Assembly: GCF_036971445.1 (NCBI RefSeq)
Contig: NC_091471.1
Location: 261,082,001-261,146,000, forward strand
Source: Narcine bancroftii
Lineage: Eukaryota
DNA: 64,000 nucleotides
Direction: 5' to 3'
The translations under genes and the position numbers were made by a program. How positions within the stretch are numbered: position 1 is the stretch's first letter; each line of letters opens with the position of its first letter. The notes under the pieces are model-generated. The model was not told where the DNA came from and did no database searches. It was given only the letters and a program-made list of their open reading frames with translations. Positions 1 to 12,145 of this stretch are shown one piece after another.

Positions 1-98
1 TTCAATGGCTATCTCTTCCAGCTTTGGACCACATTCAGCGACGAACTTGGCCAGCTTCTCTGCAGTGGTTCTTGTCTTTCTGTTACTGAGAGATTCAT
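1..98 (-). CDS. SUGP2: SUGP2 exon: N-terminal half of second SURP domain, truncated by the window edge
   Basis: Acceptor tttccgtgcag| then (D)[32 protein letters not shown], a SURP motif; phase 1 matches the exon ending at 2122. Confidence 0.85.
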
Positions 99-2121
99 CT
101 GCACGGAAACCAGATTATTAACCTCCATAGATCACAAATTACTGAGGGTCAGACGTGATTGACTCTGGAAATTTTCACAACATATCCTCAGCAAAATTGG
201 CATAATATTCTGACACCACAAGCAGGGGAATGACCACCTCCCAGAATGCAAATAATCCAAATATGACTTGGAACTGGCATAACATGAGACACTGATTCAT
301 GAGTGGCCCATATAGTTTCTTGATTTTAGTCTGCCATTCAACAAGATCACAATCAATCCTGTACTTTTCTCACCATTTCCTTAATTCCCTTAGCATCGAA
401 GGCAAATACATCCTTTCTTCTGTGAGGAGGCCAATTCTTCACACAGTACTTTAGGTGTGAATCTCAGAAAAGCTCCATAAAATTGCATCAAGACATTTTC
501 ACATTTGTATGCCAAGTTTCTTGCATTAAAAGTTGATAGACTATTCGTGTTTAAAATTGTTTGCTGTTCCTATGTTAACTTTCAGCATTTCATAAGGCCA
601 GCAATCAAAATAGGTGTACATCAAATAAAGAGACACAACAGTTTGCAAATCAGCTATCCTCTCTGTGGCCCTAATTTCAAGAAGATCAATTCTTTCCATG
701 TTACTGGCTCCCATAAATGGGAGTGAGATTGAAACTACTTCCATCAATGCTAGAACGCTAGGTATTTATAATCCAATATTCTTTTAAAATTATTCCGCAT
801 CCCAGAATGAGAACATGGGAAGTTGTCAGGCATTAATACCACTAACATCAGCATCAATAAAATTGTTATCTATGAATAAATTGACAAGAAAATACATTAT
901 TAGATAATAAACTAAATTATTGCCAATTATTCATTAGGATACAAATATTTTATTCTTACCTAGCCCCAATTTCAGCCTTAAATAGGTGCTACCCACCAAA
1001 TGTCAGTTTTCCCCCTCCCTCCCCTCAATGAATTTGTTGGGCTGAATCATCAAAAAATCCCCCCCAAAAGCACGGAATCTCAGTGGGACACATACAATCG
1101 CCAACCTCTCAGTATTCCCTTGAAGTGTACATCTATGTATGCAAACTGTGAGGTTGATACTTGGATGCCCATCTTTAATGATTATCCAAAAATCCTCTTT
1201 GGGAATTCCACACAGTGGACAGTGGCAGAGAAGTAGCAAGTCTGGATGTGAAATAGCACCCTGGTATCAGTTATTATGTAGGTGAACATTGGCCTAATGT
1301 CAAAGATACCTGAGCTCATCTGGTTTTTTTGGGCTATTTTTTGCTAAGAAAGTGAATCTTACAGCCAGGAACCATTTCAGAATGCCATAGTTGGGAGTTT
1401 TTGTTTGTAATTTATTTCTCAAACTAATAGAATTTCTAGTCATTATCTAAACATTGCAGAATAGACTTGAGGGGATTCTGAATACAAGTCATCACACATT
1501 TGGGCAAATATAAATTTGATACAATATTTACTCATACATTTTAAAAATGTGCAGAATTTGATTTGTCTACACATGTAATCATTTCCTAAACCCATAATCT
1601 CCAAAGATAGTTAAGTTTTATATATTAGTCTCACTTCTATAATGTGACATTTTATGCTATACTATCTTTAGTTTTCCCACACAAACAAGCTTTTACTTTA
1701 AATTACTGATAAAATATGCCAGACTTTTCATCTAACTACTAATCTACTGAGAAGCTCTAACTTCTGGTCTTCTTTTATTTGGAACAATGCTGTCCTAGTC
1801 AATCTGTTTCTAATCAAGTTCTAATTAAAAATTATATACACCCAGATATTCTGCCTTGCAGAAGTAACTGCACTTCCTGAATTTATTATCAATTAATTAA
1901 ATTCATGATGCAATATGTAATGTCATGTCATTAGCCTGCCTTACAAGCTCTTTACAATAATCTATGCATTTTCCTAATGGGTCTAAAAGCCAACAGTGTA
2001 AAAAACTTTACATATGACAGTTGAAATTATTGAATATCTTCATTAAGCAATTCAAAAGTTTAATTTTAAGCTTTTAGAATAGTCTGATTAAGCATTTCTT
2101 TACAGCAACTGTTATCCCTAC

Positions 2122-2309
2122 CTTTTTCTGCAGTCTCAACTTGTTCGAGGAACTCCGGTTGGAAATTCTCTGGTACATTATCCGTTCCCTCCAATGATGT
2201 TTTACACTCTGACCCAGCTTGGCTTGACTTGGAAGTATTTTCTTTACTAAACTGTGCCACTTTCTGCTTGTAATATTTGAACTCGTTGCTTTCTGCATCA
2301 TGTGAAAAT
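2122..2309 (-). CDS. SUGP2: SUGP2 exon: C-terminal half of SURP1 plus linker
   Basis: ttttaaag| (R)FSHDAESNEFKYYKQKVAQFSKENT...AEK G|gtaggg; phases 2 and 1 consistent with neighbours. Confidence 0.8.
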
Positions 2310-2971
2310 CTTTAAAATAAAGATTTTATTTTCAAAAATTAGGTCTTCCATTTCCTAGGCCGGACATTGACCAAAGATAAGAGGATAAGCAGCTATTAGC
2401 TAATATTGTACAACTTAGCTGTCAACATTAACACAATTGTCCCACTCTGCAGCAAATGTTTGGATGCTCCCCATGAGCACCAATGTGTTACTGTGCTGTA
2501 CCGTGTCCAAGTAGTTCTCATGTGTCTTTATGTTGGGACAAAATTTATCATTCTTTTTATTTTTAATAACTGAAGGCATAATAAAATGGTCGGGTTCAGT
2601 CAGAGACCCAAAAATGGAAGGGAAGTGAATTTAAGATTTTAAATGATTCTAAAGTTATAATTTTACTTTTAAAATGAGACGACGATTTAGACAAATTATT
2701 CACACAGACCCTATAATTAGTTTTCCCATTTACATTTGTAATGAGTTTAACATGGTTCGAGGATTCTGTATCATTTATATTATTATATACATTCATGATT
2801 GAGATCGATAGATTTTTCAACACCGTGGAAATCAAAAGATTGGCGGAGAGAACATCAAAAGATGGAATCAAACAGGAAAATTGAAAATACAAAATCAATT
2901 ATGATCCACCTGAACGGTACAGGAGGTGAAATGGCCGAGAAGTGATCCTTAATGTACATAATTGTGCTTAC

Positions 2972-3254
2972 CTATAATTAGGATCCTCTTTCTTGTACTG
3001 GATGACTGCTTTTTCTGCTGCCTCGCCCTTATCAGCAACAAACTTTGCCAATTTATGAATAACATTCTTGACCTGAGGATCTTCTGGGGGACAGATATTT
3101 TCTTCTCCTGCTGATGCCACATCATCTGCCATACTCTTGCTATTGCCATCAATGGATGCTGAACAGTTATCTGTCTTCTGTGTACTGCTGTCATCTGGTG
3201 CCAAAGAACCTACACCCGGCTGTGTGCCAGATTTGGAATCTGCTAAATTCAAAA
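2972..3254 (-). CDS. SUGP2: SUGP2 exon: N-terminal half of SURP1
   Basis: [43 protein letters not shown]|gtaagc; exact acceptor uncertain (three in-frame AGs). Confidence 0.8.
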
Positions 3255-3309
3255 CTTGAAACAAAAAGATAAAAATTCAAGCCAGATGTGCTTTTAATAA
3301 GGTAAACAA

Positions 3310-4030
3310 GAAAATCTGCAAATGCTCGGGTCCAGTGCAGCACAAAAGTGCTGGAGAAACTCAGTAGGTCACTCAACATCCACAGGAAGTAAAAGACAGT
3401 CGATATTTTGGGCTTGAGCCTTCCCTCAGGAGAGCAGAAAATCTGGCTGACACCTTAACAAGGTGAGGGAGGACAAGGAGGTGGAACATAGATTAACAGG
3501 TAAATGTTGGGAGGGTAGAAGAAAAGAAGCTGAGAAGTGATAGGGGGAGGAGGGCAAAGAGAAAAAGCTCTCTGATAGGAGAAAGAATGGAAGGGGGTAG
3601 GGAGCTGGAGAAAGGGAGACAGAGGGATGAAGTAAAGAGAGAAAACAGGGAAAGGGATTAATGTAAATTGGAGAAGTTGATATTGATGCTGCCTGATTAG
3701 AGACTGCCAAGCCAGAATATAACGTGTTGTTCCTCCAATTTGTGGGTGTACTCAACCTGGCAGTACATGAGACAATAGCAATTATGTGTAGAACTGAAGT
3801 GGTTTGGCCACTGGGAGATCTTTGCTGCTGCAGCAGAAGAGCAAAGGTGCACTTTGAAGCAATTTCCCAGTCTTCATCCAGTCTCCCTGATGTAGAGGCC
3901 GCACTGGGAGCACCGACTGCAGTAAAAGACCCTACAAATTCAGTGAAGTGTGGCTTCACTTGAAAAGACTGTTTGGGTCCCACAGTGTGAGGGAGGAGGT
4001 GCAAGTGCAACCGTAGCATTTCTTTCAAAG
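3310..4030 (-). mobile_element. Degenerate Penelope-like (GIY-YIG) retroelement remnant
   Basis: Decayed GPKQSFQV.. endonuclease-region peptide plus the typical aaatctgca(g)atgctg...gtgctggagaaactcag terminus. Confidence 0.55.
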
Positions 4031-4505
4031 AAGTGATTTCCCAGTCTACGTCCAGCCTCCCAATGGGAAAGCTAAAAGAGTCTCAAAACAGAAAGATCAA
4101 GGCAACAGGATATGGATGGGAAATGTCTCAGCTTTTTCAAAACAAGTGGATTTAAAATAATAAAGTAGTCACACTCTATGGGCATTCAGCCTTTTGGTAT
4201 CAAAACAGCAGGTGCAAAGGCTACATCGAGACTGTTGCAAATGTTGGAGCCACGAAGTGCCATGGAGGGCAAGAACTCGGCAAATATGGGATGAAACCTG
4301 TTCAATGACATCTGCAGCTTTGAGGGATTGCTGGATTAATGTATTTAAAAAAAAATCAAAACCATCCTCCTTAAGTTGTTATGTGATGGGATATTCAAAG
4401 TATTAAAAATCCTTCATAATAGCAATTGTGCATTGTAATCACAAATTAAATCTGTATATCTCGTTAAAAGATAGAAATTGTTACAAAATTATTTGGATTA
4501 CTTAC

Positions 4506-6446
4506 CTTTTGATGGCTTGATTGTTGCATCGTTTGTTGATTGTTCCTCTTTGATTAATGTATTGGAATTAGAAACCTGGCTATGTACAGGAGGGAGGGAG
4601 ATATGCTCCACTTGATTCCTCAGCTCATTTGTATATTTGTTCCCAAATAGCTCATTGTTTTCCAGATTCATGTAATACTCGTAGCTTGGAGCTACTGATA
4701 TCATTCCGGTTTTATTCAACAGATTCTTCCTTCTTTCTTGGCTGACAAATGCAAATGTTTGGCCAATAAATACTATTGACTGGCGGCAAGCCATGATCAC
4801 CTGCTCAAGTGTATTGGCAAGTTCATTAGGGGTCTCTGAGCTTTGCCCCTTGGAGCTCAACTCATGATTACTGCTTGCTACAAAAAGTGGGCCTACACAT
4901 TCCAATAGTCTGTTCTGAATTGCTTGCAAAAGGGGATCTTCTTGCTGTACAAGATCATCCAGCTCTTTCCTACATGTAATGATGTTCTTCTTTCTCAGCA
5001 ATGACACAAAAGAGTTATCTATCACAGGGCATGTGAGGCCGAAATGAGCTAATGACGATGACTGGCAGATATCCTGATGCTGCTGTGACATTAAGCACCG
5101 GAAAACTGAGGTTGCCTTAGAATATGTATCAGTGTTGGAATCAAACTTTTTTTTCATGGAATGATCAAGATCAACACTCTGAAAACCTGCCCATTTTATT
5201 ATTTGTTGCCCCAGTTCCATTTGATTACCTGCAGCAGTAGAAACATTTCCCAGTGATTGCAAATTAGAAGAGTCTGGGGACACATTTCTATAGGTGGCCA
5301 TTGGCACATTGGATACGGAAGACCCTGAAAAACCAGAGGGGGCTGTCCCTAGAAGCCCAGGGGCCGACTCTGTGAAAATAGGGGCTGTCCCTGGAAGGCC
5401 AGGGGCCACTCCCAGGAGCCCAGGAGCTATCCCTAGAAGGCCAGGTGCTACCCCCAAAAGACCAGGTGCTGTTCCAAGAAGGCCAGGGGCTCTCCCCAGA
5501 AGGCCACGTCGTGCAGGAAGCTTTGGACGCTTGAGCAAAGGTGCTCTTGTACTTTTAGGACCATGCAAAGAACGACCTCTTTTGGAAACATGCGTGCTTT
5601 TGTGACTACAACTCTGTTGGTTCAATTGAGGTTCATAATCCTCTGATCCTTCAAACCCAGGTGTAGATGTATCAGTCTGGTAAGCAGAAGAAATCATTTG
5701 AGCAGAGTCTCTAGATGGGTTGCTCCAGGATGCGTGAGAGGGATCATTTTTACTAGCTGCCTTACGCCGAGCATTATTAATAACATTACTTAATAACTTG
5801 TACAATTCTGCATCAGGTGCCTTTACAGGACTTCGGGATGAGGAGTGTGATTCCTGATCCCTAGTCTCATGACTAGGACTCCAGGATCGCCTGTGTGATT
5901 CTGAATGCCCTGACTTATCAGCAGGATTTTGTGACCTATTATATGAACCATGACTATCTCTGCCTTCAGGACTTTGGGATCTCCTATAGAATTGATAATC
6001 TCTTGAGTCATCAATTGCACTCTGAGATTTCCAATTATTCGAACTTCTGTACAATTCTGGTCGCTCTCGAGACTCATCAGGGCTCACCGATCTCCGGTAA
6101 ATCCCAGATCCTCTCCTAGCATCACTGTCACTTGAACTTGCCGGTCTTCCAAACAATCCTGAATCCCCACCAGATTCGGCAGAATTCCTTACTTCATTAT
6201 ATTGTGAACGCCGATTATCTCTGTCGACATGATCCGAGAAACTGTCTCGGGCTGAAGTAGAATAGGTAGCGTCATCATAATATCTTCTATTGTTTTCGGA
6301 ATGCATTTCTGCCTGATTGGACATATTCCTCCATCTCTCCGATCTGTGAGATGGAGATTCATACTCATCATAGGACAGCTCATCATACTGTGAATTTTCT
6401 TCATAAGATTCCCTGGGATATCGCCTGGATGCATAGTTGAGCATTT
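4506..6446 (-). CDS. SUGP2: SUGP2 large exon (1941 nt): RS/low-complexity N-terminus, GLLGxAP repeats, conserved helical domain
   Basis: 648-aa ORF; GQQIIKWAGF...VIDNSF...IQNRLL...CRQSIVFIGQTF...ELFG matches recalled human SUGP2 (GIEIIKWAGF...VDNEF...LQDRLL...CRKSLALLGQTF...TLFG); acceptor cattgaag|AA, donor G|gtaagt. Confidence 0.9.
5338..5505 (-). repeat. Coding tandem repeat, 8 x 21 bp (GLLGxAP heptapeptide)
   Basis: GLLGRAP GLLGTAP GLLGVAP GLLGIAP GLLGVAP GLPGTAP IFTESAP GLLGTAP. Confidence 0.95.
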
Positions 6447-9400
6447 CTTCAATGACAAAGGGAAGAAAGGAAGAAAAAAAGTGTTTAGCTTTTTTATTAA
6501 AATGGAAAAACTCTTAAAAAAAGTTGCAATCTATACTTCATGTAAAAGCTCATGTATTAGAGATCAGTTGGGCATGCTGATAACATCATTAAGATCAGGA
6601 AGACATGATGGGTTTTTTAAACCACATAATGCACCTGGCTGACTGCTTTTGGTAAATCTGGCCTAATCCAAGAGATGTAAGCAAGACAAACAGGATCATT
6701 TGTCCTAAAAATGGAGACATGTTGTCCTCCATAGGACACCAAGCAATAAGCATCCAAGAGAGAGTCGCATCTTTTCTCCATTGGGCTCAAGCGTGTATGG
6801 CGACTGCAAGTGTGAAGTGCCCTGGCATCATCCCGTTTGCTCAAACAGAGGAATGGAGCTTGGAGCAAACCAACTTTAGATAAAGATATCCACGAGTATA
6901 CTAAGCCAAGATACACTGGCCATTAGTACAAAGGATCGTTTCAGCAGACCAGATTCTGTATTTGCGCTCTCCTTTGTAATTCCCACAGGCAGCATGGTGT
7001 TGGTCCAGATGCAGAGGCGCATGTTGTTTCAACTCCAACAAGCTGATGTAGCTCAGCTTATTCTTTGACTAACAGCAGAATATGTAGCTCATGAAAGTCA
7101 TCTTCCAAACCAATCCATACAAGTAAGCCAAATTCAGGTCTGAGAAATTCATCGTCTTGAAATGCACACCAAAATTCTGCTTCCTCAAATCACTCAGTTC
7201 TTGCAATATCTCCTGGATCCACAATAAAAGCCAGATATGCTTTCAATAACATCAGTTGCATAAACAAGACCTGCATACAAGACTAACTGAAAATATAGAA
7301 TTCCAGTCTTTTGTGAGGTGGTACTCATTTACGTTTGTATGGTATTTTACATACCTCAGAATTTTTCAAAGCACTTTAGGATGAATTAATTGCTATTGAT
7401 ATGTAGGCTCTATTATAATGTGGGATCAACTGCACCAATTTTTTTCTAACAAGGCCTCAAAAACAACAAAGTGATAATTACCAGACAATTTGATTAATGT
7501 TGGTAGGATAAATAATGACCATAATTCCATTGAAAACTGCTCCAGGGATTTTTAAAAATCACTTTAGATTGCATATGGGCCTTGGATTAATATTACATTC
7601 GAAATGGCTCTTCCAATTGTACAATATCAAGGGTGTTGTGCATGAGGTCTATCAAGATCTTTGCAAAAGCTGCCATCAAGAAGGAAGACTGACTATTCTT
7701 GGCAGATTCATGTTTAGCTTGAGGAAATGTAACAATGTAGAACAAGCAAGATGAAAGAGTCAGATGAGGTACATGCAGACACGACTTCCAGAGACAAGTT
7801 ACTAGACCTTCCTGACGCCTGGAGCAAGATGTCCTTTGGGCATAAGCAACCGTCCTTCATCTGATCATTAAAAAGGACTTGAATTCAAATGGAACTTCCT
7901 TAATCTTAGGATTTTCAACAAAGTTTTGCAGACACTGAAATATTTTTAGTATAATCACTACTTTAATGAAGGTAGTCACTTCTGTAAAGAAGGAAATGTG
8001 GTAGCCATTTTGTGTGCAACGTTAACTTGCTGCACATTTAGACCAGCAATCACTTTAATGTTTCAAACTGAACATATCTGTAACAATGCATCCACTGTAT
8101 TAGTTACTTGCCTCCCCACTGTGAGCAATCAGTATCAACATATCTTGGTATATTTTCAAGGAAATCATTTGATCTACGAAACATGTTTACTGTGACTCTT
8201 TATAAATCTATCCACTTCACTGGATCACACTAATTGTAAAGTTAAGTAACTTTCCCGATGAAAACACAAACAGCCTACCTTAGCCTGTCAATAAAAGAAA
8301 AGTCTGAAGAAATAAAATAAAACAAAGAAAGTTCAACAAATAGATTAAAAATTGAAAGAGTGTGAAAAAGAAAAAAGGGAGAGGAGAGATGGGGAGGGGA
8401 GAGAAAGTTTTAAATATGACAATTGCTCCTGCCTATATAATTTGTTCCAGCAGTAAGTTTCAGACTCTTACCAACTTAAGAGTAGAAAGTTGTTTCCTGC
8501 TTTCCCTTCTAATCCTTTTACCAATAACTTTAAATATATACAGTATTTAATTTAGACCCCTCAAAATTTTCCTCTCAATCTTCTCTACACTGTTCTCAAC
8601 CTGTGGCCAAACTACTGCACACAGTTAAGGAGAATGACCTTGATTCTCTTACAATATATTCCTTGGCTAATAACATCATCATCATCCTTCCCTTTTTAAC
8701 CCATTGAACTGTCCAAGGCACCTTTGTTCCATCACACAATTATATATCCTCCCATTAATTATACATTCCCTTGCATTGTTACATCTCATGCTTCGAATTA
8801 AAATCAATTTCCCATTTTTCTCTTGAAGTGAACATCATCATTCTGCAGTCTAATGTTATCCTCAGTAGTTCATTAAAACAGACCCCTTTAAAAAATTAAT
8901 TCAGACAAAAAATTGTAAAAAAGGTGATTAAAATAAATTATTCTGAATCAATCAGGAAATCTAATTTAATCGCTTTAAAAATTGTTTCATTTTCTTGGCC
9001 TTCAGAAAAAAACATTTGGTCTCATCACTTTCATAATTTTATACACCTCAATTAAATCTCCCCTTTGCCTCCAAAGAAAACAACTCCAGCCTATCCAATG
9101 TACGCACTGATAAAACTTTCTGGTTCTTGTAACATCCTTGGAAATCTATAGACTCTCCAATATAATCACATCTTTCATGAAATTTGGTCACCAAACTGTA
9201 CACAAGCTGTCACCTAAGCTTGTTGCATACAATTCCAGCATAACATCTCTAGTCTCAGGACAAAAGTCATAACTTGTTTCCTGTCATCAAAAACTTTCAA
9301 GAAATGTATTCCTGTATTTTTTTTAAAAAAGGATATTTATCCTACAGGCACCCACCAAATCTGGCATTCTCCTCTTCAGCAAGTTGAGCCCCAAGCTTGA

Positions 9401-9669
9401 AATCAAAGGAGAAATTATTTTAAAAGCTCTCCTGTAGCTGCCTTTTTGAGGTATGGCAATGAACTACTAGATAACCAGCATGTGCTAAAAGTAAAGAATA
9501 AATCTAACAATGCGCATGTTCAAATTGAAATTTCATATAGTTCTCTAAGCAAAATATGACTTTCCTATGTTTCTTTTTAAGCACTAAATGGCAAGTACGA
9601 GACTTTTATTTTCAGGCAATTTTTTAACAAAATTTTGAGAGAAATCTTCATTTGGAAGGCATCAAGAAT

Positions 9670-9978
9670 TTCATTTACAAAAATCTACATCCCATTCAGA
9701 CCTGTTAAAAGATAGCCAAATAGGTCTGACACAAAATGCTTGCCACACTTCCCCATATAATTGTATATTATTACAATGAAAATATCAATAAGCTTTGGAT
9801 AATTTTCACTTATTTGAATTCAAGCACTGATTAAAGAGGTTCATTTTCTAAAATCCAAAACAGTTTTATTTCTAAGACCACTGGTGCTGAAATTTATACC
9901 CTAAAGGCACCTGGGCTGGTCAGTTCCACCAACCACTGTCATGAGCAAGCATCACACTCCACAGAGATCAGCTATCAA
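9670..9978 (+). repeat. Inverted repeat arm A (309 bp) in SUGP2 intron 1
   Basis: Reverse complement of 14263-14571; two mismatches seen by eye. Confidence 0.95.
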
Positions 9979-11795
9979 TGTACTGTTTCCTTTGAAAGGA
10001 AAGGATCTGGAAGAAAAACCTCATGGATAGTCTGAAAGAAAAGGCTTTCCTCTGAAAATACAATACCCACATGTCCATCTTTCATCATAGATTATTGCTT
10101 TACAAAGGAATATACTGTTCAGCAACAGGTCATTTACTTGTTAATAACCTCTTATACATCATAACCTCTCTCCATCCATCAGCACATCCTTCTTTGTTTT
10201 CCATCCATATGCACTGCTCTATCATTCCCTCAAATGCATGGAACATTTGTCTCAATTATTCTTTATGATAGGGAGTACTGGTCTCAATGAAGTGTAATGG
10301 CACATATTTCAGATTTTCAACTTGTGTCCCATTGAACTGCCAAAATGATTTGGTAATATTATTACTGCTTCTGTGTTGTGCTTGATGAAGCAATTCATAG
10401 CTGTATAAAACTGAAAATAAAGAACAGTTCCACATCAATAGAAAATACTCCAATTCCATTAACTCAATTATTGACTTTAAGACTTACAATTCATGCAATA
10501 TATTTAAACATTGGATATTAAACATCAATGACTGTACAAGTCAGGCACTGGGTGTTTTTTTGAGAGAAGTTCTTCAAGAGCATTTTTAAAATACGAAACA
10601 GTCGCAAAAAAGATAAGCCTAAATAAACATAATTTATCTTATTAAAGACTTAGATGCAACTTGATATCAATCATGGTTGAGGATATCACTACAATGGAAA
10701 CCATTTTAGCCTAAGAATAATCTTACTGCACAATGAATATATAGTGTGATAGCCTTCAACAGAGTCCAACTCCAATTTTGACTATACTGGATGTGAAATT
10801 TACATCTTAAAATAAAGTCAATGATTGCATCCATAAAACAGTTATTAGAGAAAGAATCATCCATGAAAAGAACAAAGTTTACCACACACAAAGGATTTCA
10901 TCAAATTAAGCTGCAAAACATCTTTTATATGCACAATAGATGCTAATGGTCTTAAGAGGTTTTCAATTGCTCTGTTCACCTGATTGAACATCAAGGCCGT
11001 TAACGGAGAGCATTTTAATGAAGTTCTTATAAATCCAACGATGATAATTGTATTTAATCCAGGATAAAGCATCATTTGGTTACATTTGGAATGAGTAGTG
11101 GTCTCAGGACCTTTAATCCACCTGGATTACCTTGGAGCCTTCAGGAATAGAAAATCTCCTGAATACATCTACAGGCAACCTGGGATGAAAGGTGCAGTGC
11201 TGTTTAAAATAATATAAATTATCATATTCTTTAAAGCATTTCAATTTTTAATGTTATATTGGATTTGCGAGGAAGGAAAGTGCCTTTGCAGGCAAGAGGT
11301 TATATATACACTGTAATATATATCCAAACATAATTAGCAATCCAAGTTAGTAATACGAGACCTTTCTCCAAATTGTCCCAGTCACCCGGTACAGCGTTGA
11401 GATCCTCTCCCCACAGAGACCCCAAACTAAAGGGCTGCCGGTCCTTTTGTCAACACGTGAAGCCTTCCTGGCTCGTTATTAAAAGGTCAGGAATACAAAG
11501 GACTTATTGGGCCATGTCCACCTCCGGGGCCGATAATCAAGGGTTTGCTGAGCCCTGGCTACACAGGTTTTGGCGAGCTGGATCTCTCCGCAACGCTGGG
11601 CCTCGGTTGCCCCTGATTACCATGTACAGGCCCAGCTTGTCATCAGATCCGCTTCGCAAAGATGCTGGAGAGCCAAGTCACACACAACATCCATCACAGC
11701 TGCAGCCTTTTATGACATCTTGCGTGCTAAACATGAAGCCTGATCGTTCTTCCCCAAGCACCCTCCCCCTCATCCCCCACCTTAGCCCCACAAAC

Positions 11796-11817
11796 CTGGA
11801 CAAAACCTCTCCTCCAT
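11796..11817 (-). CDS. SUGP2: Predicted SUGP2 first coding exon (MEERFCP+G)
   Basis: gcaATGGAGGAGAGGTTTTGTCCAG|gtttgt; phase 1 joins in frame to AA ATG CTC at 6446; lies in the CpG-rich promoter. Additional intervening exons are not excluded. Confidence 0.55.
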
Positions 11818-12123
11818 TGCTGTTATCACGTCACTTCCGAGACTACCGGACGTAGTCTCGAACAAATTAATATTTCAAAATGCTACTTCGTGTGTCGATT
11901 AATATAATATTAGATAATATGATCTAATACTCACAAGAACAAGTTGCTGATATTTCCATATATGAAACATAAATGGTATAGTTTTATATTCTATTTTTTG
12001 CCATGAGGGTGAATATGACCCAAACTACATTTCCCACGACCCCGCGCGGAACTTCAGCAGCTTCCGGTCGTGTGACCGTTATGCCGCTGTTATCCGGTAG
12101 TGACATCAGAGGACTATGAAGCT
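11818..12123. promoter_or_regulatory. Bidirectional promoter shared by SUGP2 and SUGP1
   Basis: CpG-rich flanks; ZNF143/THAP11-type ACTACATTTCCCA at 12024-12036; ETS-like CTTCCG at ~11834 and 12061; CRE-like TCACGTCA at ~11826. Confidence 0.75.
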
Positions 12124-12145
12124 ATGGCGATGGAAGGCGATACAG
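12124..12145 (+). CDS. SUGP1: SUGP1 exon 1 coding part (MAMEGDT+G)
   Basis: ATGGCGATGGAAGGCGATACAG|gttggt; phase 1 joins GA AAA ACT at 17034. Confidence 0.7.

Noticed and set aside
5294-5605. 103-aa plus-strand ORF with GAxPRRP repeats
   Set aside because: Antisense shadow of the SUGP2 GLLGxAP repeat
6617-7120. Relatively CpG-rich intronic stretch with a 99-aa ORF near the large SUGP2 exon
   Set aside because: No recognisable protein, RNA motif or convincing splice sites; only conservation data could support it
11373-11855. 160-aa plus-strand ORF
   Set aside because: Starts at TTG, no homology recognised; GC-rich start of SUGP2 intron 1
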